From assembly GCA_025060245.1 (NCBI GenBank), contig JANXCP010000001.1, forward strand, positions 244-64,243: a stretch of 64,000 bases of DNA. Direction: 5' to 3'. This DNA is from Thermoanaerobaculum sp. GTDB lineage: Bacteria > Acidobacteriota > Thermoanaerobaculia > Thermoanaerobaculales > Thermoanaerobaculaceae. The notes beneath the pieces are model-generated. The model was not told the origin of the DNA and did no database searches. It was given only the letters and a program-made list of their open reading frames with translations. This document shows, piece after piece, positions 33,642 to 43,635 of the stretch; position 1 is the stretch's first letter, and every line of letters begins with the position of its first letter. A program made the position numbers and the translations under genes.

Positions 33642-36017
33642 ATGAAACACGGGCTTCTTGCAGCTCTCGCAGCGGGCCTGCTGGCTGTGGTGGCAGAGGC
33701 GGTGTCGGTCAACCCCCAGCGGCAGGTGGTGGTGCAACCGGATGGCAGCGTGGTGGAGGTCACCCCAGTGGGGGACGAGTTTAACCTCTGGTGGGAGCTC
33801 CCCACGGGCGAGACGGTGATCCTTGACCAAGAGGGTTTCCTCCGCTTGGCGGTTCTGGACGAGGCAGGGCGCTTGGTTCCAGGACCGCCCGTGGGACGGC
33901 GGGAGGGCCTCCAGGCCCTTGCCGGCTGGCCCAAGCACCTGCGGCCCACCGCCTCGGGGTGGGGAGCGGGGGAGTTGCTCCCCGTGCTTCCTTTTTCGCG
34001 CCCGGAGGGCATCGCGACGCTGTCGGCCGCCACCAGCCAGCCAATTCTTGTGCTCTTGGTGTCCTTCACCGACCGCCAGCCGGTGGGCTCGCAACCCGCA
34101 GACTTTTCCGCCTTGCTCTTCCAGGGGGATACCTCTGCGGCTGCCTACCTCCGCCAAGCCACCTTGCACAAGTTGGCCCTGGAGCCGGCTGCGGAGGGCC
34201 ACGGCGTGGTCAACGACGGGGTGGTGGGATGGCTGGCTTTGCCCATGGCCCATCCCAATCGCGGCCTCACGGGCTCCAAAGACCCGGCCGTCACCGAGCA
34301 ACAGAAAAGGCAAGCGGCCCACAACATGCGGTTGGCGGTAGCCGCAGCCATTCAGGCGGCGGACCCCTTCGTGGACTTTTCTCGGTACGACCGGGATCGC
34401 AATGGCGGTATTTCACGCCGCGAACTGGCCTTGGTGGTGATCACCGCCGGCTACGAGTCTTCCTTTGGCGGATACAAACCCGCCTATAGTCCAGCCAACT
34501 GGGGACACCGTTGGTCCTTGGGCAACTTCAACGATGGTGTGGGCGCGGTGCCAGGTCCGGTGGTGGATGGGGTCGTGGTGGGGGATTCCTCCTTTGATGG
34601 GGGCTACACCTCTTTTGGTGAGTGGATGCAATCCTCCGCCACCAACGGCCACCGCAGCACCGTGGGGATTTTGGTGCACGAGCTGGGGCATGACACCCTG
34701 GGTTTGCCCGATCTCTACGACACCGATGGCAGTTCGGCGGGGGTCGGCGGGTTGTGTCTGATGGGTTCCGGTTCCTGGGGTTGTGAACCCCCCTGCTATG
34801 GGGGGGAACTGCCGGTGCTCCTTTCCGCCTGGGCACGGGTGGTAACGGAGGTGGTCCGACCGCGGGACCTGCGGGGCACAGAGGCGCCGCGGCTTTCCCC
34901 GGCTCCCGCCGCGGGGGAAGTCCTGCGCCTGGGAACCGGTGCTGGGCCGGAGTACTTCCTGCTGGAGCAGCGGCGAGCGCAGGGTTTTGACCGGGGTCTT
35001 TTGCGGTGGGATGCGGCTTTTGCCTCGGCACCTGGGTTGGCGGTATGGCATGTGGATGAGAGCAAGACCAGCAACGCCGATGAAAACCAGCGGATGGTAG
35101 ACCTGGAAGAAGCCAGCGGCACAGAACCCCTCAACGGGAAGGACAACCTGTTTGCGGCAGAAATGCTCTTCCGCCCAGGCGGCAACACGCGCTTTAGCGA
35201 TAGCACCACCCCAAAGGCCACAAGGCAGGGGGATTGGGGGGTGACGGGTGTGTCGGTGGAGGTGTCCGGTTGGGAAGGGGAACGGTTGGTGCTGGCGACC
35301 CTGGCCCCCAATCCCGTGGGTGTGGATCACGACACCTGTGCCGGTGCCTTGTTGGTGACGTTGAACTGGGGAGAGACCTACCGCTTCCGGGGATGGCTGG
35401 CCCAGGCCACTGGCGGGGATGTGCTCATGCCCTGCGCCCCGGTCTCCAAGACCGCCTTTTGGCAGTTGGTTCCGCGGCGCACGGGCAAGCTTTCCGTCCT
35501 TGCCCAAGGCTACGACACGGTGGCGGCGTTGTTCCGAGGCAGCTGCGCCACCCTCACGCCTTTTGACTGCAACGACGATGTGGATTCGGCTGGTTCGTCG
35601 CAGTTGAGCGAGCGCCCTGTGCGCCGGGGAGAGCCGCTGTACCTGGTGGTGGGGCGCTACGGCAGTGGACGTCCGGTGGGCGGGGAATTGGACCTCACGG
35701 TGAGCCTAGCTCCGGCCAATCCCTTGCTGGTCCAGGTGCTCACAGCCCAGGGCTGCCCCAGGACGGCGGTGAAGTTCCGCGTGGGGAAAAACGACGGGGC
35801 AGCGGTGACTGATCTTCAGCCGAGCGATGTGCACGTTTTCTTGGAGAACCAGGAATTGCCGGTGCAATCCCTAATCCATGAGGGCTCCGGGGTCTACTGG
35901 GTTTGGTTTACCCTGGTGCGGGAAGGCCGCTTGCGGCTGGAGGTGGACACGGAAACGGCAGCAGGGCAAGGTGAGCTTTCCATCGTTTGCCAGCGAATGC
36001 CCCGTCGCCTGCTTTGA
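33642..36017 (+). CDS. Secreted M6 (immune inhibitor A / InhA-like) metalloprotease with C-terminal accessory domains
   Basis: Signal peptide MKHGLLAALAAGLLAVVAEA. The zinc motif HELGHDTLGLPDLYD is characteristic of the M6 family. A C-terminal Cys-containing module is present (DHDTCAGA...FDCNDD). Confidence 0.85.
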   Translation: MKHGLLAALAAGLLAVVAEAVSVNPQRQVVVQPDGSVVEVTPVGDEFNLWWELPTGETVILDQEGFLRLAVLDEAGRLVPGPPVGRREGLQALAGWPKHLRPTASGWGAGELLPVLPFSRPEGIATLSAATSQPILVLLVSFTDRQPVGSQPADFSALLFQGDTSAAAYLRQATLHKLALEPAAEGHGVVNDGVVGWLALPMAHPNRGLTGSKDPAVTEQQKRQAAHNMRLAVAAAIQAADPFVDFSRYDRDRNGGISRRELALVVITAGYESSFGGYKPAYSPANWGHRWSLGNFNDGVGAVPGPVVDGVVVGDSSFDGGYTSFGEWMQSSATNGHRSTVGILVHELGHDTLGLPDLYDTDGSSAGVGGLCLMGSGSWGCEPPCYGGELPVLLSAWARVVTEVVRPRDLRGTEAPRLSPAPAAGEVLRLGTGAGPEYFLLEQRRAQGFDRGLLRWDAAFASAPGLAVWHVDESKTSNADENQRMVDLEEASGTEPLNGKDNLFAAEMLFRPGGNTRFSDSTTPKATRQGDWGVTGVSVEVSGWEGERLVLATLAPNPVGVDHDTCAGALLVTLNWGETYRFRGWLAQATGGDVLMPCAPVSKTAFWQLVPRRTGKLSVLAQGYDTVAALFRGSCATLTPFDCNDDVDSAGSSQLSERPVRRGEPLYLVVGRYGSGRPVGGELDLTVSLAPANPLLVQVLTAQGCPRTAVKFRVGKNDGAAVTDLQPSDVHVFLENQELPVQSLIHEGSGVYWVWFTLVREGRLRLEVDTETAAGQGELSIVCQRMPRRLL

Positions 36018-36216
36018 CCTGCCCGCGAGGGGGAACCCTCGGGGGCTGTGGCCCCACTCAGGTCCCCCTGTGCCCGCGCTAGTTTGCATCGACGGCTAGG
36101 ATCGGGCAGCGCAGACCCTCAGCTGCGCCCAGTTCCTTGACCAAAGGGCCCCCGTCGCTAGACAAAAGTTTTCACCCAAAGGGGTTGATGCGCGCCGTGT
36201 TGTCCCCGCGGGGCCG

Positions 36217-37626
36217 ATGAGGGAGTGTGGATTGTGCCATTTTCCGGCACCCGGAGGAGGTCCTGTGCAGCGGTTGACCTTGCGTACACCAAGGGGCATG
36301 ATGAGGCGGATGCTCGGCAGGCTGGCCCGTCGCCCGCAAGAGGCGTTGCTACTGGCTGCGCTGGATGGGGTGCTCCTGGTGGGTGCGGTCCTTCTGGCCC
36401 ACTGGCTGCGCTTTAACCCCGCCGACCGAGCGGTGCACCTGGCACGGCTGGCGGAGCACCCCGGTCTGTCCCTGGTAGGTCTGGTGGGGCTCTGGGTGGT
36501 GGCCACCGCGGCCGAGCTGTACCAGAGCCCCCCGTTATTACCCGGGGAGCGGGCTTTGCGGGTGGCTTTTGCTGCCTTGGCCTGGGGTGTGGTGCTGGTC
36601 CTGGCCACCTACTTGGTGCCGGAGTGGAAGTTCGGACGTGGGCTTCTTCTGGCCACCACCGCGAGCTGGGGGCTGGGGGCGTTTGCCCTACGCTCTGCTT
36701 TGGACCACCACCGCCAGCAGCGGGAAAAACCCCCGGCGTGGCTGGTGGGGGAAGGGGAAGAGCTGGGCCCGCTGTTGCATTTGGGCCAAAACCCCGCCTG
36801 CCCCTGGCGCTTGTTACCGGTTTCCCCGCAAGCCCTGGAAAAGCCTGAGGGCACTGAAGAACCAGCGGTGGTGTTCGTGGTTGATCCGCGCCGGCTGCCA
36901 GGGTTGGTGGGGCTGCACTTTGCCGGCGTGCCAGTGGTGCCGGCGTGGGAGCTTTGGGCCTTGGTGGAGGGGCGGTTGCCCGTGGATTTGCTCGCTCCGG
37001 AAACGTTCCTGTACCAGCGGGAGTTTGTGGGGATCCACTGGGAGGTGTTTAACCGCACCACGCGGGTGGTGGACGTGGTGGTGGCGGCTTTGCTTTTGGT
37101 GCTCGCCTCGCCGCTACTGCTGCTGGCCGGCTTGGGCTCCTGGCTCCTGCAAGGCACGCCGGTGTTCTACCGCCAGGTCCGCTTGGGTCAGTTTGGTCGG
37201 CCCTTTGTCCTGTGGAAGCTGCGCACCATGCACCGCCGGGCAGAGCTCAACGGACCGGAATTCTGCCGCGAGGACGACCCGCGGGTCACGCCTCTTGGCA
37301 GGCTCCTGCGTCGCTTGCGGGTGGATGAGCTGCCCCAACTGTACAACGGGTTGGTGGGGGATATGTCGCTGGTGGGGCCGCGCCCTGAACGTCCGGAGTT
37401 CGTGCGCCAGCTGGCGGAGCAAATTCCCTATTACAGCTTTCGCCTCGCAGTGCCACCTGGTCTGACCGGTTGGGCGCAAGTGAACATGCCCTACGCCCGC
37501 ACGGTGGAGGAGCACCGGCGCAAGCTGGAATACGACCTCTATTTCATCCGGGAGCGCTCCCTATCCCTGTATCTGATGGTGTTGCTGCGCACCGTTAGCG
37601 CTGCCCTGTTCGGGGTTCGGCGATGA
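36217..37626 (+). CDS. Polyprenyl-phosphate glycosyl-1-phosphate transferase (bacterial sugar transferase, WbaP/EpsB-like priming enzyme)
   Basis: N-terminal TM helices. The C-terminal domain reads PVFYRQVRLGQFGRPFVLWKLRTM...DPRVTPLGRLLRRLRVDELPQLYNGLVGDMSLVGPRPERPEF. The start is uncertain, and an ATG at 36298 (MMRRML) is plausible. Confidence 0.88.
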   Translation: MRECGLCHFPAPGGGPVQRLTLRTPRGMMRRMLGRLARRPQEALLLAALDGVLLVGAVLLAHWLRFNPADRAVHLARLAEHPGLSLVGLVGLWVVATAAELYQSPPLLPGERALRVAFAALAWGVVLVLATYLVPEWKFGRGLLLATTASWGLGAFALRSALDHHRQQREKPPAWLVGEGEELGPLLHLGQNPACPWRLLPVSPQALEKPEGTEEPAVVFVVDPRRLPGLVGLHFAGVPVVPAWELWALVEGRLPVDLLAPETFLYQREFVGIHWEVFNRTTRVVDVVVAALLLVLASPLLLLAGLGSWLLQGTPVFYRQVRLGQFGRPFVLWKLRTMHRRAELNGPEFCREDDPRVTPLGRLLRRLRVDELPQLYNGLVGDMSLVGPRPERPEFVRQLAEQIPYYSFRLAVPPGLTGWAQVNMPYARTVEEHRRKLEYDLYFIRERSLSLYLMVLLRTVSAALFGVRR

Positions 37627-38537
37627 ACGCCCGGGTGGGCGTGGTGGTGGTGCACTTTGGCAGCCCCCAACCCACCCGCCGGTGTGTGGCCTCGGTCCTC
37701 GGCGACCCTTCGCCGGTGGAGCGGCTCTTGGTGGTGGTGGATAACAGCGGGAACCTACCCGAACTGGCCAACGCTGTGCTGCTCCGCTGTCCGGACAATC
37801 CCGGATTTGGTGAAGGTGCCAACCGTGGCATCCGGCTTCTGGCAGACCGAGGGGTACCAGCGGTGGTGGTCCTCAACCATGATGTGGAGATCATGCCCGG
37901 TTTTTTCTCTTCGGTGGTCAGGCACTTGCAAAGGGAGGGGGTGGGTGCGGTGGGTGGTCCCCTCTTTTTCCCTGACGGGAGAAGGCTGTGGGCTGCCGGT
38001 GGGGCAGTGCTTTGGCCGCTGGGCACGGTGCGGCAGTTCCGCTCCTTGCGCCGGGCTTGGCGGGCACGACCGGTGGGTTTCCTCCCCGGGGCGGCGTTGG
38101 GTTTGCGGTGGGATGCCTTTTGGCAGGTAGGGGGGTTTGACCCGCGTTTTTTCGTGTACCACGAGGACTTGGACCTGTGCCTGCGCTTGCGGCGAGCGGG
38201 CTGGCAGCTTTGGTACGCTCCCGGGGCGGCAGCGATCCATCACCTGGGAAGTGCCACCGGTTCCTACGCGTACTCGCCTTTGTACTTAGAGCACTTGGCC
38301 CGGACTCGGCTGCGCCCGTTTCGTCCGTTGGCCCTGCGCCTTTGGTTGGCGTCGGTGCACTCCCTGTACGTGGCTGGACGGTGGGCTTTTCTCCGTCTGC
38401 ACGGCGAGGAGGAGAAGGCCGCGGCTCTCTGGCGCGGGCATCGGGCGGCTTTGGCCACTGTGGGAGAGGGTCCCCTAGCGGTGGTGCATCGCCGCCGCTC
38501 CCAGCACCTCTTGGAAGGCGCTGCCCACCCTGGGTAA
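37623..38537 (+). CDS. Family 2 glycosyltransferase
   Basis: VGVVVVHFG...VVVDNSGN...NPGFGEGANRG...VVVLNHDV and a DxD-like YHEDLDLCLR motif. It has an ATGA overlap with the upstream sugar transferase. Confidence 0.8.
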   Translation: MNARVGVVVVHFGSPQPTRRCVASVLGDPSPVERLLVVVDNSGNLPELANAVLLRCPDNPGFGEGANRGIRLLADRGVPAVVVLNHDVEIMPGFFSSVVRHLQREGVGAVGGPLFFPDGRRLWAAGGAVLWPLGTVRQFRSLRRAWRARPVGFLPGAALGLRWDAFWQVGGFDPRFFVYHEDLDLCLRLRRAGWQLWYAPGAAAIHHLGSATGSYAYSPLYLEHLARTRLRPFRPLALRLWLASVHSLYVAGRWAFLRLHGEEEKAAALWRGHRAALATVGEGPLAVVHRRRSQHLLEGAAHPG

Positions 38538-39656
38538 GTGGTGCTTGGATCGGACCCATGCAAAAGCCACCGCCGCTTGCTCTTCGGCCTGGCGAGGATG
38601 CTCCAGGAGCGCTGCAATGAGCTCAACCCATTGCTCGGCGTTGGCCGCTTGAGCCAGGGCCTGGGAGGGTATGCCATCTAGGCCCTGCGCAGCGGCAGGG
38701 GTGGTTACCACGGGGACGCCGGCGGCCATGGCCTCCAGGACCTTGATGGGGGTCCCAGATCCAGCGAAGATCGGTGCCACCGCCACCGAGGCTTGCCGCC
38801 AAAGTGGGGCGAAGCTTTCCGGCTCTGGGATCAGTTCGACCCCCCAGCGCACGAGCCGCCGGATGCGCCTGCTGGGCCGGGACCCGGCCACGATCCAGCG
38901 CAGCGCGGGAAACCTCCGGCGTAGCCTGGGCCAAACCTGACGGGCAAACCAACCAATTCCCTGAACCGTGGGAAAGTAGCCCAAGTTGCCGGTGGTCAGC
39001 AGTGTGGGCTGGGGCGGACGAGAAGGCGAAAAGGTGTCAGGAACCGGGATGCCAAAAGGCACCACCTGCAGCTTCGGGGCCAGGTCTTCCCTGCCGCCCA
39101 TGACTGCCTGGCGGTCCCGCTCCGCCACCACCGTACCCACCGTGGCGCAGCCGGCCACCCACCGCTCCCAGGAGGCCATGCGGGCGCTCTCCCAGCGCCA
39201 AAGGGGGGCGAGGAACGGGTCAAAGCGGGCCCTTTGGCGCATGTTCAACGCCAGGGAATCCACAAAATCAACCACTGTCGGGATTTCTGCCAACTGGGGC
39301 AAGAGCCAGCCCAGGCGTGAGAGCATCAGCACCACCACCTGAGGTGCAAACTGCTCCAGCTCGCGCGCCATGACCCGCGCCAGTGCCGGCTCGCGGTGGA
39401 GGCTCACCTGCAACGGCTGCAGCGGTCGGGTCAGAAGGTTGCGGAAGATGGACCGCGTGCGCACCTCAACGTAGGCCTGCCGGAGGTGTGCGGGGATCTC
39501 AGCTGGCTGGTGCCCGGGGGGGATGAGGGTGAGGACGGCCACCTGGTGGCTGGTTCTCAGGTAGCTCACAAAACCCCAAAGGCGAGCTTGTTCGCCGCGC
39601 CGGGGGGGCCAAAAGGGGCGGGGGGCCACAAAGAGGATGCGCACGGACCAATGCAA
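38475..39656 (-). CDS. Family 4 (GT-B, GT1/GT4-type) glycosyltransferase
   Basis: C-terminal GT-B signature region (VAVAPIFAGSGTPIKVLEAMAAGVPVVTT). It is convergent with the GT2 gene and overlaps it by 63 nt. Confidence 0.8.
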   Translation of the reverse strand: MHWSVRILFVAPRPFWPPRRGEQARLWGFVSYLRTSHQVAVLTLIPPGHQPAEIPAHLRQAYVEVRTRSIFRNLLTRPLQPLQVSLHREPALARVMARELEQFAPQVVVLMLSRLGWLLPQLAEIPTVVDFVDSLALNMRQRARFDPFLAPLWRWESARMASWERWVAGCATVGTVVAERDRQAVMGGREDLAPKLQVVPFGIPVPDTFSPSRPPQPTLLTTGNLGYFPTVQGIGWFARQVWPRLRRRFPALRWIVAGSRPSRRIRRLVRWGVELIPEPESFAPLWRQASVAVAPIFAGSGTPIKVLEAMAAGVPVVTTPAAAQGLDGIPSQALAQAANAEQWVELIAALLEHPRQAEEQAAVAFAWVRSKHHLPRVGSAFQEVLGAAAMHHR

Positions 39657-39719
39657 TAGTACCCGGTCTTACCTTTAGTGCTCCGAGCTCAGGTTTTATT
39701 TTCGTGGCGTGAGGGGGTC

Positions 39720-39748
39720 TTGACGTCTCCACGCTCAGGCATTATCCT
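39720..39748 (+). promoter_or_regulatory. Candidate sigma70 promoter of groESL
   Basis: TTGACG, a 17-nt spacer, then TATCCT, immediately upstream of the CIRCE operator. Confidence 0.5.
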
Positions 39749-39749
39749 A

Positions 39750-39776
39750 TTAGCAGTCTCGGAGCCAGACTGCTAA
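39750..39776 (+). promoter_or_regulatory. CIRCE operator (HrcA binding site)
   Basis: TTAGCAGTC-N9-GACTGCTAA is a perfect 9-bp inverted repeat with 8/9 identity per arm to the consensus TTAGCACTC-N9-GAGTGCTAA. It lies 48 nt upstream of groES. Confidence 0.85.
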
Positions 39777-39823
39777 TCGGCTCCGGAGCTCAGAGCAGAG
39801 CTAAGAGAAAGGAGGAAGACGCA

Positions 39824-40114
39824 ATGACGATTCGACCGCTCAACGACCGGGTGCTCCTGCGGCGCATCGAGCCGGAGGAGGTGGTGAAGGGAGGGATCAT
39901 TATCCCCGATACGGCCAAGGAAAAGCCGCAAGAAGCTGAGGTCATTGCCGTAGGACCTGGGCGGCTGGATGACAGCGGCAAGCGGGTGCCCATTGAGGTA
40001 AAGAAAGGGGATCGCGTGCTCATCGGCAAGTACTCCGGGACCGACATCAAGATTGGCGACGAGGAGTACGTGATCGTGCGTGAGGACGAGATCCTCGGCG
40101 TGATTGAAAAGTAA
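39824..40114 (+). CDS. groES: Co-chaperonin GroES
   Basis: [46 protein letters not shown]... is canonical GroES. Confidence 0.97.
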   Translation: MTIRPLNDRVLLRRIEPEEVVKGGIIIPDTAKEKPQEAEVIAVGPGRLDDSGKRVPIEVKKGDRVLIGKYSGTDIKIGDEEYVIVREDEILGVIEK

Positions 40115-41767
<1,653 letters not shown>

Positions 41768-41794
41768 TCCCTGCCCCTTTGGGCAGCAGCTCCA

Positions 41795-41826
41795 GCGGGG
41801 CCGTGGCCCCGCTCTTTTTTTTTTTT
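41795..41826 (+). terminator. Rho-independent terminator after groEL
   Basis: GCGGGGC-cgtg-GCCCCGC followed by TC and a 12-nt T-run. Two further weaker hairpin/T-run units follow up to about 41900. Confidence 0.8.
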
Positions 41827-41999
41827 CGTGGAGGGGCGCAGGTGGGCCACCTCTCCCGTGTTTTTTTGAACCTATGGGGCCAGAGTGGCTTTTTTCGCTT
41901 CTCCAGTACGGGAGCGCTTTGATGTGGTTCCATCGGCCTCGTCCTTCGTCCCCTTGGCGCCGTGGGTTAGGCATAATACGGTTGCCAACGGAGGGAGCT

Positions 42000-42569
42000 A
42001 TGCAGGAAGCCGCGGCGCTGAAGATGGGCTCGGTGATTCGGCGAGAGGGGGAGCTATTCCGGGTTCTGGAGGTCCTCCACCACGGGGGGGGAGGGCAGTT
42101 TGCCGGGTTCATTGTGCTCAAGCTGAAATCGCTGAAGACCGGACATGTGAAGGAGGTGCGGGTTGCCCCCGCGGAAAAAGTGGAAGACGTGGAGCTGAAC
42201 CGGCGCGAGCTGGAGTACCTGTACGAAGAGGAGGAGAACTTCGTCTTCATGGACAGCGAGACCTACGAGCAGTACAGCTTGCCCAAGGAGGTGTTGGGAA
42301 AGAAAAGCGTGTTTCTCACCCCTAACGCCACCCTCCCTGTGGAGTTTTGGCAAGACCAGCCGGTGAACGTGATCTTTCCGGAGGTGGTGGAGCTGAAGGT
42401 GGCCTCCGCCCCCCCGGGTTTGCGCGACATGGAGACCTCCACCTACAAGACCGCCGTCTTAGAAAACGGGATGGAGGTGCTGGTGCCGCAGTTCATTGAG
42501 ACGGGCGACACGGTGCGCATTGAAACCGAGTCCGGTAAGTACTTGGAACGGGTAAGGCAGAAAAAGTAA
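42000..42569 (+). CDS. efp: Elongation factor P family protein with a non-canonical tip loop
   Basis: 189 aa. The RBS GGAGGGAG lies before the ATG at 42000. EF-P-like domains II and III are recognisable (FVFMDSETYEQYSL; YKTAVLENGMEVLVPQFIETGDTVRIETESGKYLERV). The domain I loop reads LHHGGGGQFAGF instead of KPGKGQAF. Confidence 0.85.
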   Translation: MQEAAALKMGSVIRREGELFRVLEVLHHGGGGQFAGFIVLKLKSLKTGHVKEVRVAPAEKVEDVELNRRELEYLYEEEENFVFMDSETYEQYSLPKEVLGKKSVFLTPNATLPVEFWQDQPVNVIFPEVVELKVASAPPGLRDMETSTYKTAVLENGMEVLVPQFIETGDTVRIETESGKYLERVRQKK

Positions 42570-42624
42570 ATCCGGGCACTGTGCACCGCCGGAAACTTCC
42601 GGCGCAAGCAGGCGAAAACGGGGG

Positions 42625-43599
42625 GTGATTTTGGGTGACTGGCGCCATGGGCAGGAATCCCCCATCCGGGTGGGCATCAGCGCCTGCCTGCTGGGGCAAA
42701 GGGTGCGCTTTGACGGTGGCCACAAGCGGGATTCCTATTTGGTGGAAACCCTCGGGCGCTGGTTTAATTGGGTTCCCGTTTGCCCGGAGGTGGAGGTCGG
42801 GCTTGGCGTGCCCCGCCCCTCCCTGCGCCTGGCCACGGTGGGGGGTGAGGTGCGCCTCATGGAGCCGAAAGGGGGGCGGGATCTCACGGAGACCATGCGC
42901 CAATACGCCGCGGAGCGGGTGGCCCGCCTGGCCGAGCTGGACCTCTGCGGGTACATCCTCAAAAAGGACTCCCCCTCCTGCGGTATGGAACGCGTCAAGG
43001 TCTACGGGGAAGGGATGCCACGCCGGCAGGGGCGGGGGGTGTTTGCCGCCGTCCTTATGGAGCGCTTACCCCTGTTACCGGTGGAAGAGGAGGGGCGGCT
43101 TTCCAACCCCAAGCTGCGGGAAAACTTCGTGGAGCGGGTGTTTGCCTACCGCCGGCTCAAGCTGTTGTTTTCCGGGGAGTGGGATGTGGGGGAGCTGGTG
43201 GCCTTTCACACCGCCCACAAGTTGCAGCTCATGGCCCATAACCTGCAGTTGTTTCGCCAGCTGGGGCAGTTGGTGGCAGTTGCCCGCCAGCTTCCACCTC
43301 CCCAGTTGCGGCAGCAGTACGAGACGTTGTTCATGCGCTGCCTGGCCACACCTGCCACGACGCGGAAAAACACCAACGTGCTGCAGCACATGGCGGGATA
43401 CTTCAAGAAAGTGGCGGACCCCGCCGATCGTCAGGAGCTGCACCAGTCCATTGAGGACTACCGGCAGGAACTGGTTCCGTTGGTGGTCCCGCTGACGCTT
43501 TTCCGCCATTTCATTCGCGCCTACCAGGTGCCATACCTGGCGGGCCAAACCTTTCTGGAGCCGCATCCCAAGGAGCTCATGCTGCGCAATCACGTCTGA
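42625..43599 (+). CDS. DUF523 (TudS-like Fe-S protein) fused to DUF1722 (YbgA-like)
   Basis: VGISACLLGQRVRFDGGHKRD...VPVCPEVEVGLGVPRP is the DUF523 signature. The C-terminal half has the YbgA-like helical region (HTAHKLQLMAHN...). Confidence 0.8.
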   Translation: MILGDWRHGQESPIRVGISACLLGQRVRFDGGHKRDSYLVETLGRWFNWVPVCPEVEVGLGVPRPSLRLATVGGEVRLMEPKGGRDLTETMRQYAAERVARLAELDLCGYILKKDSPSCGMERVKVYGEGMPRRQGRGVFAAVLMERLPLLPVEEEGRLSNPKLRENFVERVFAYRRLKLLFSGEWDVGELVAFHTAHKLQLMAHNLQLFRQLGQLVAVARQLPPPQLRQQYETLFMRCLATPATTRKNTNVLQHMAGYFKKVADPADRQELHQSIEDYRQELVPLVVPLTLFRHFIRAYQVPYLAGQTFLEPHPKELMLRNHV

Positions 43600-43635
43600 A
43601 GTGCTCCTGCCGGTGGGAGGGCAGCACCCGGAGGA

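Noticed and set aside
42084-42095. The odd EF-P loop explained as a simple frameshift in the G8 run. An alternative frame reads P-R-G-G-R-A, which is reminiscent of the Thermus GRGGA loop.
   Set aside because: The reading frame is clearly correct on both sides of the run, so two compensating indels within about 20 nt would be required. It is still worth a read-level check and is noted in the finding.
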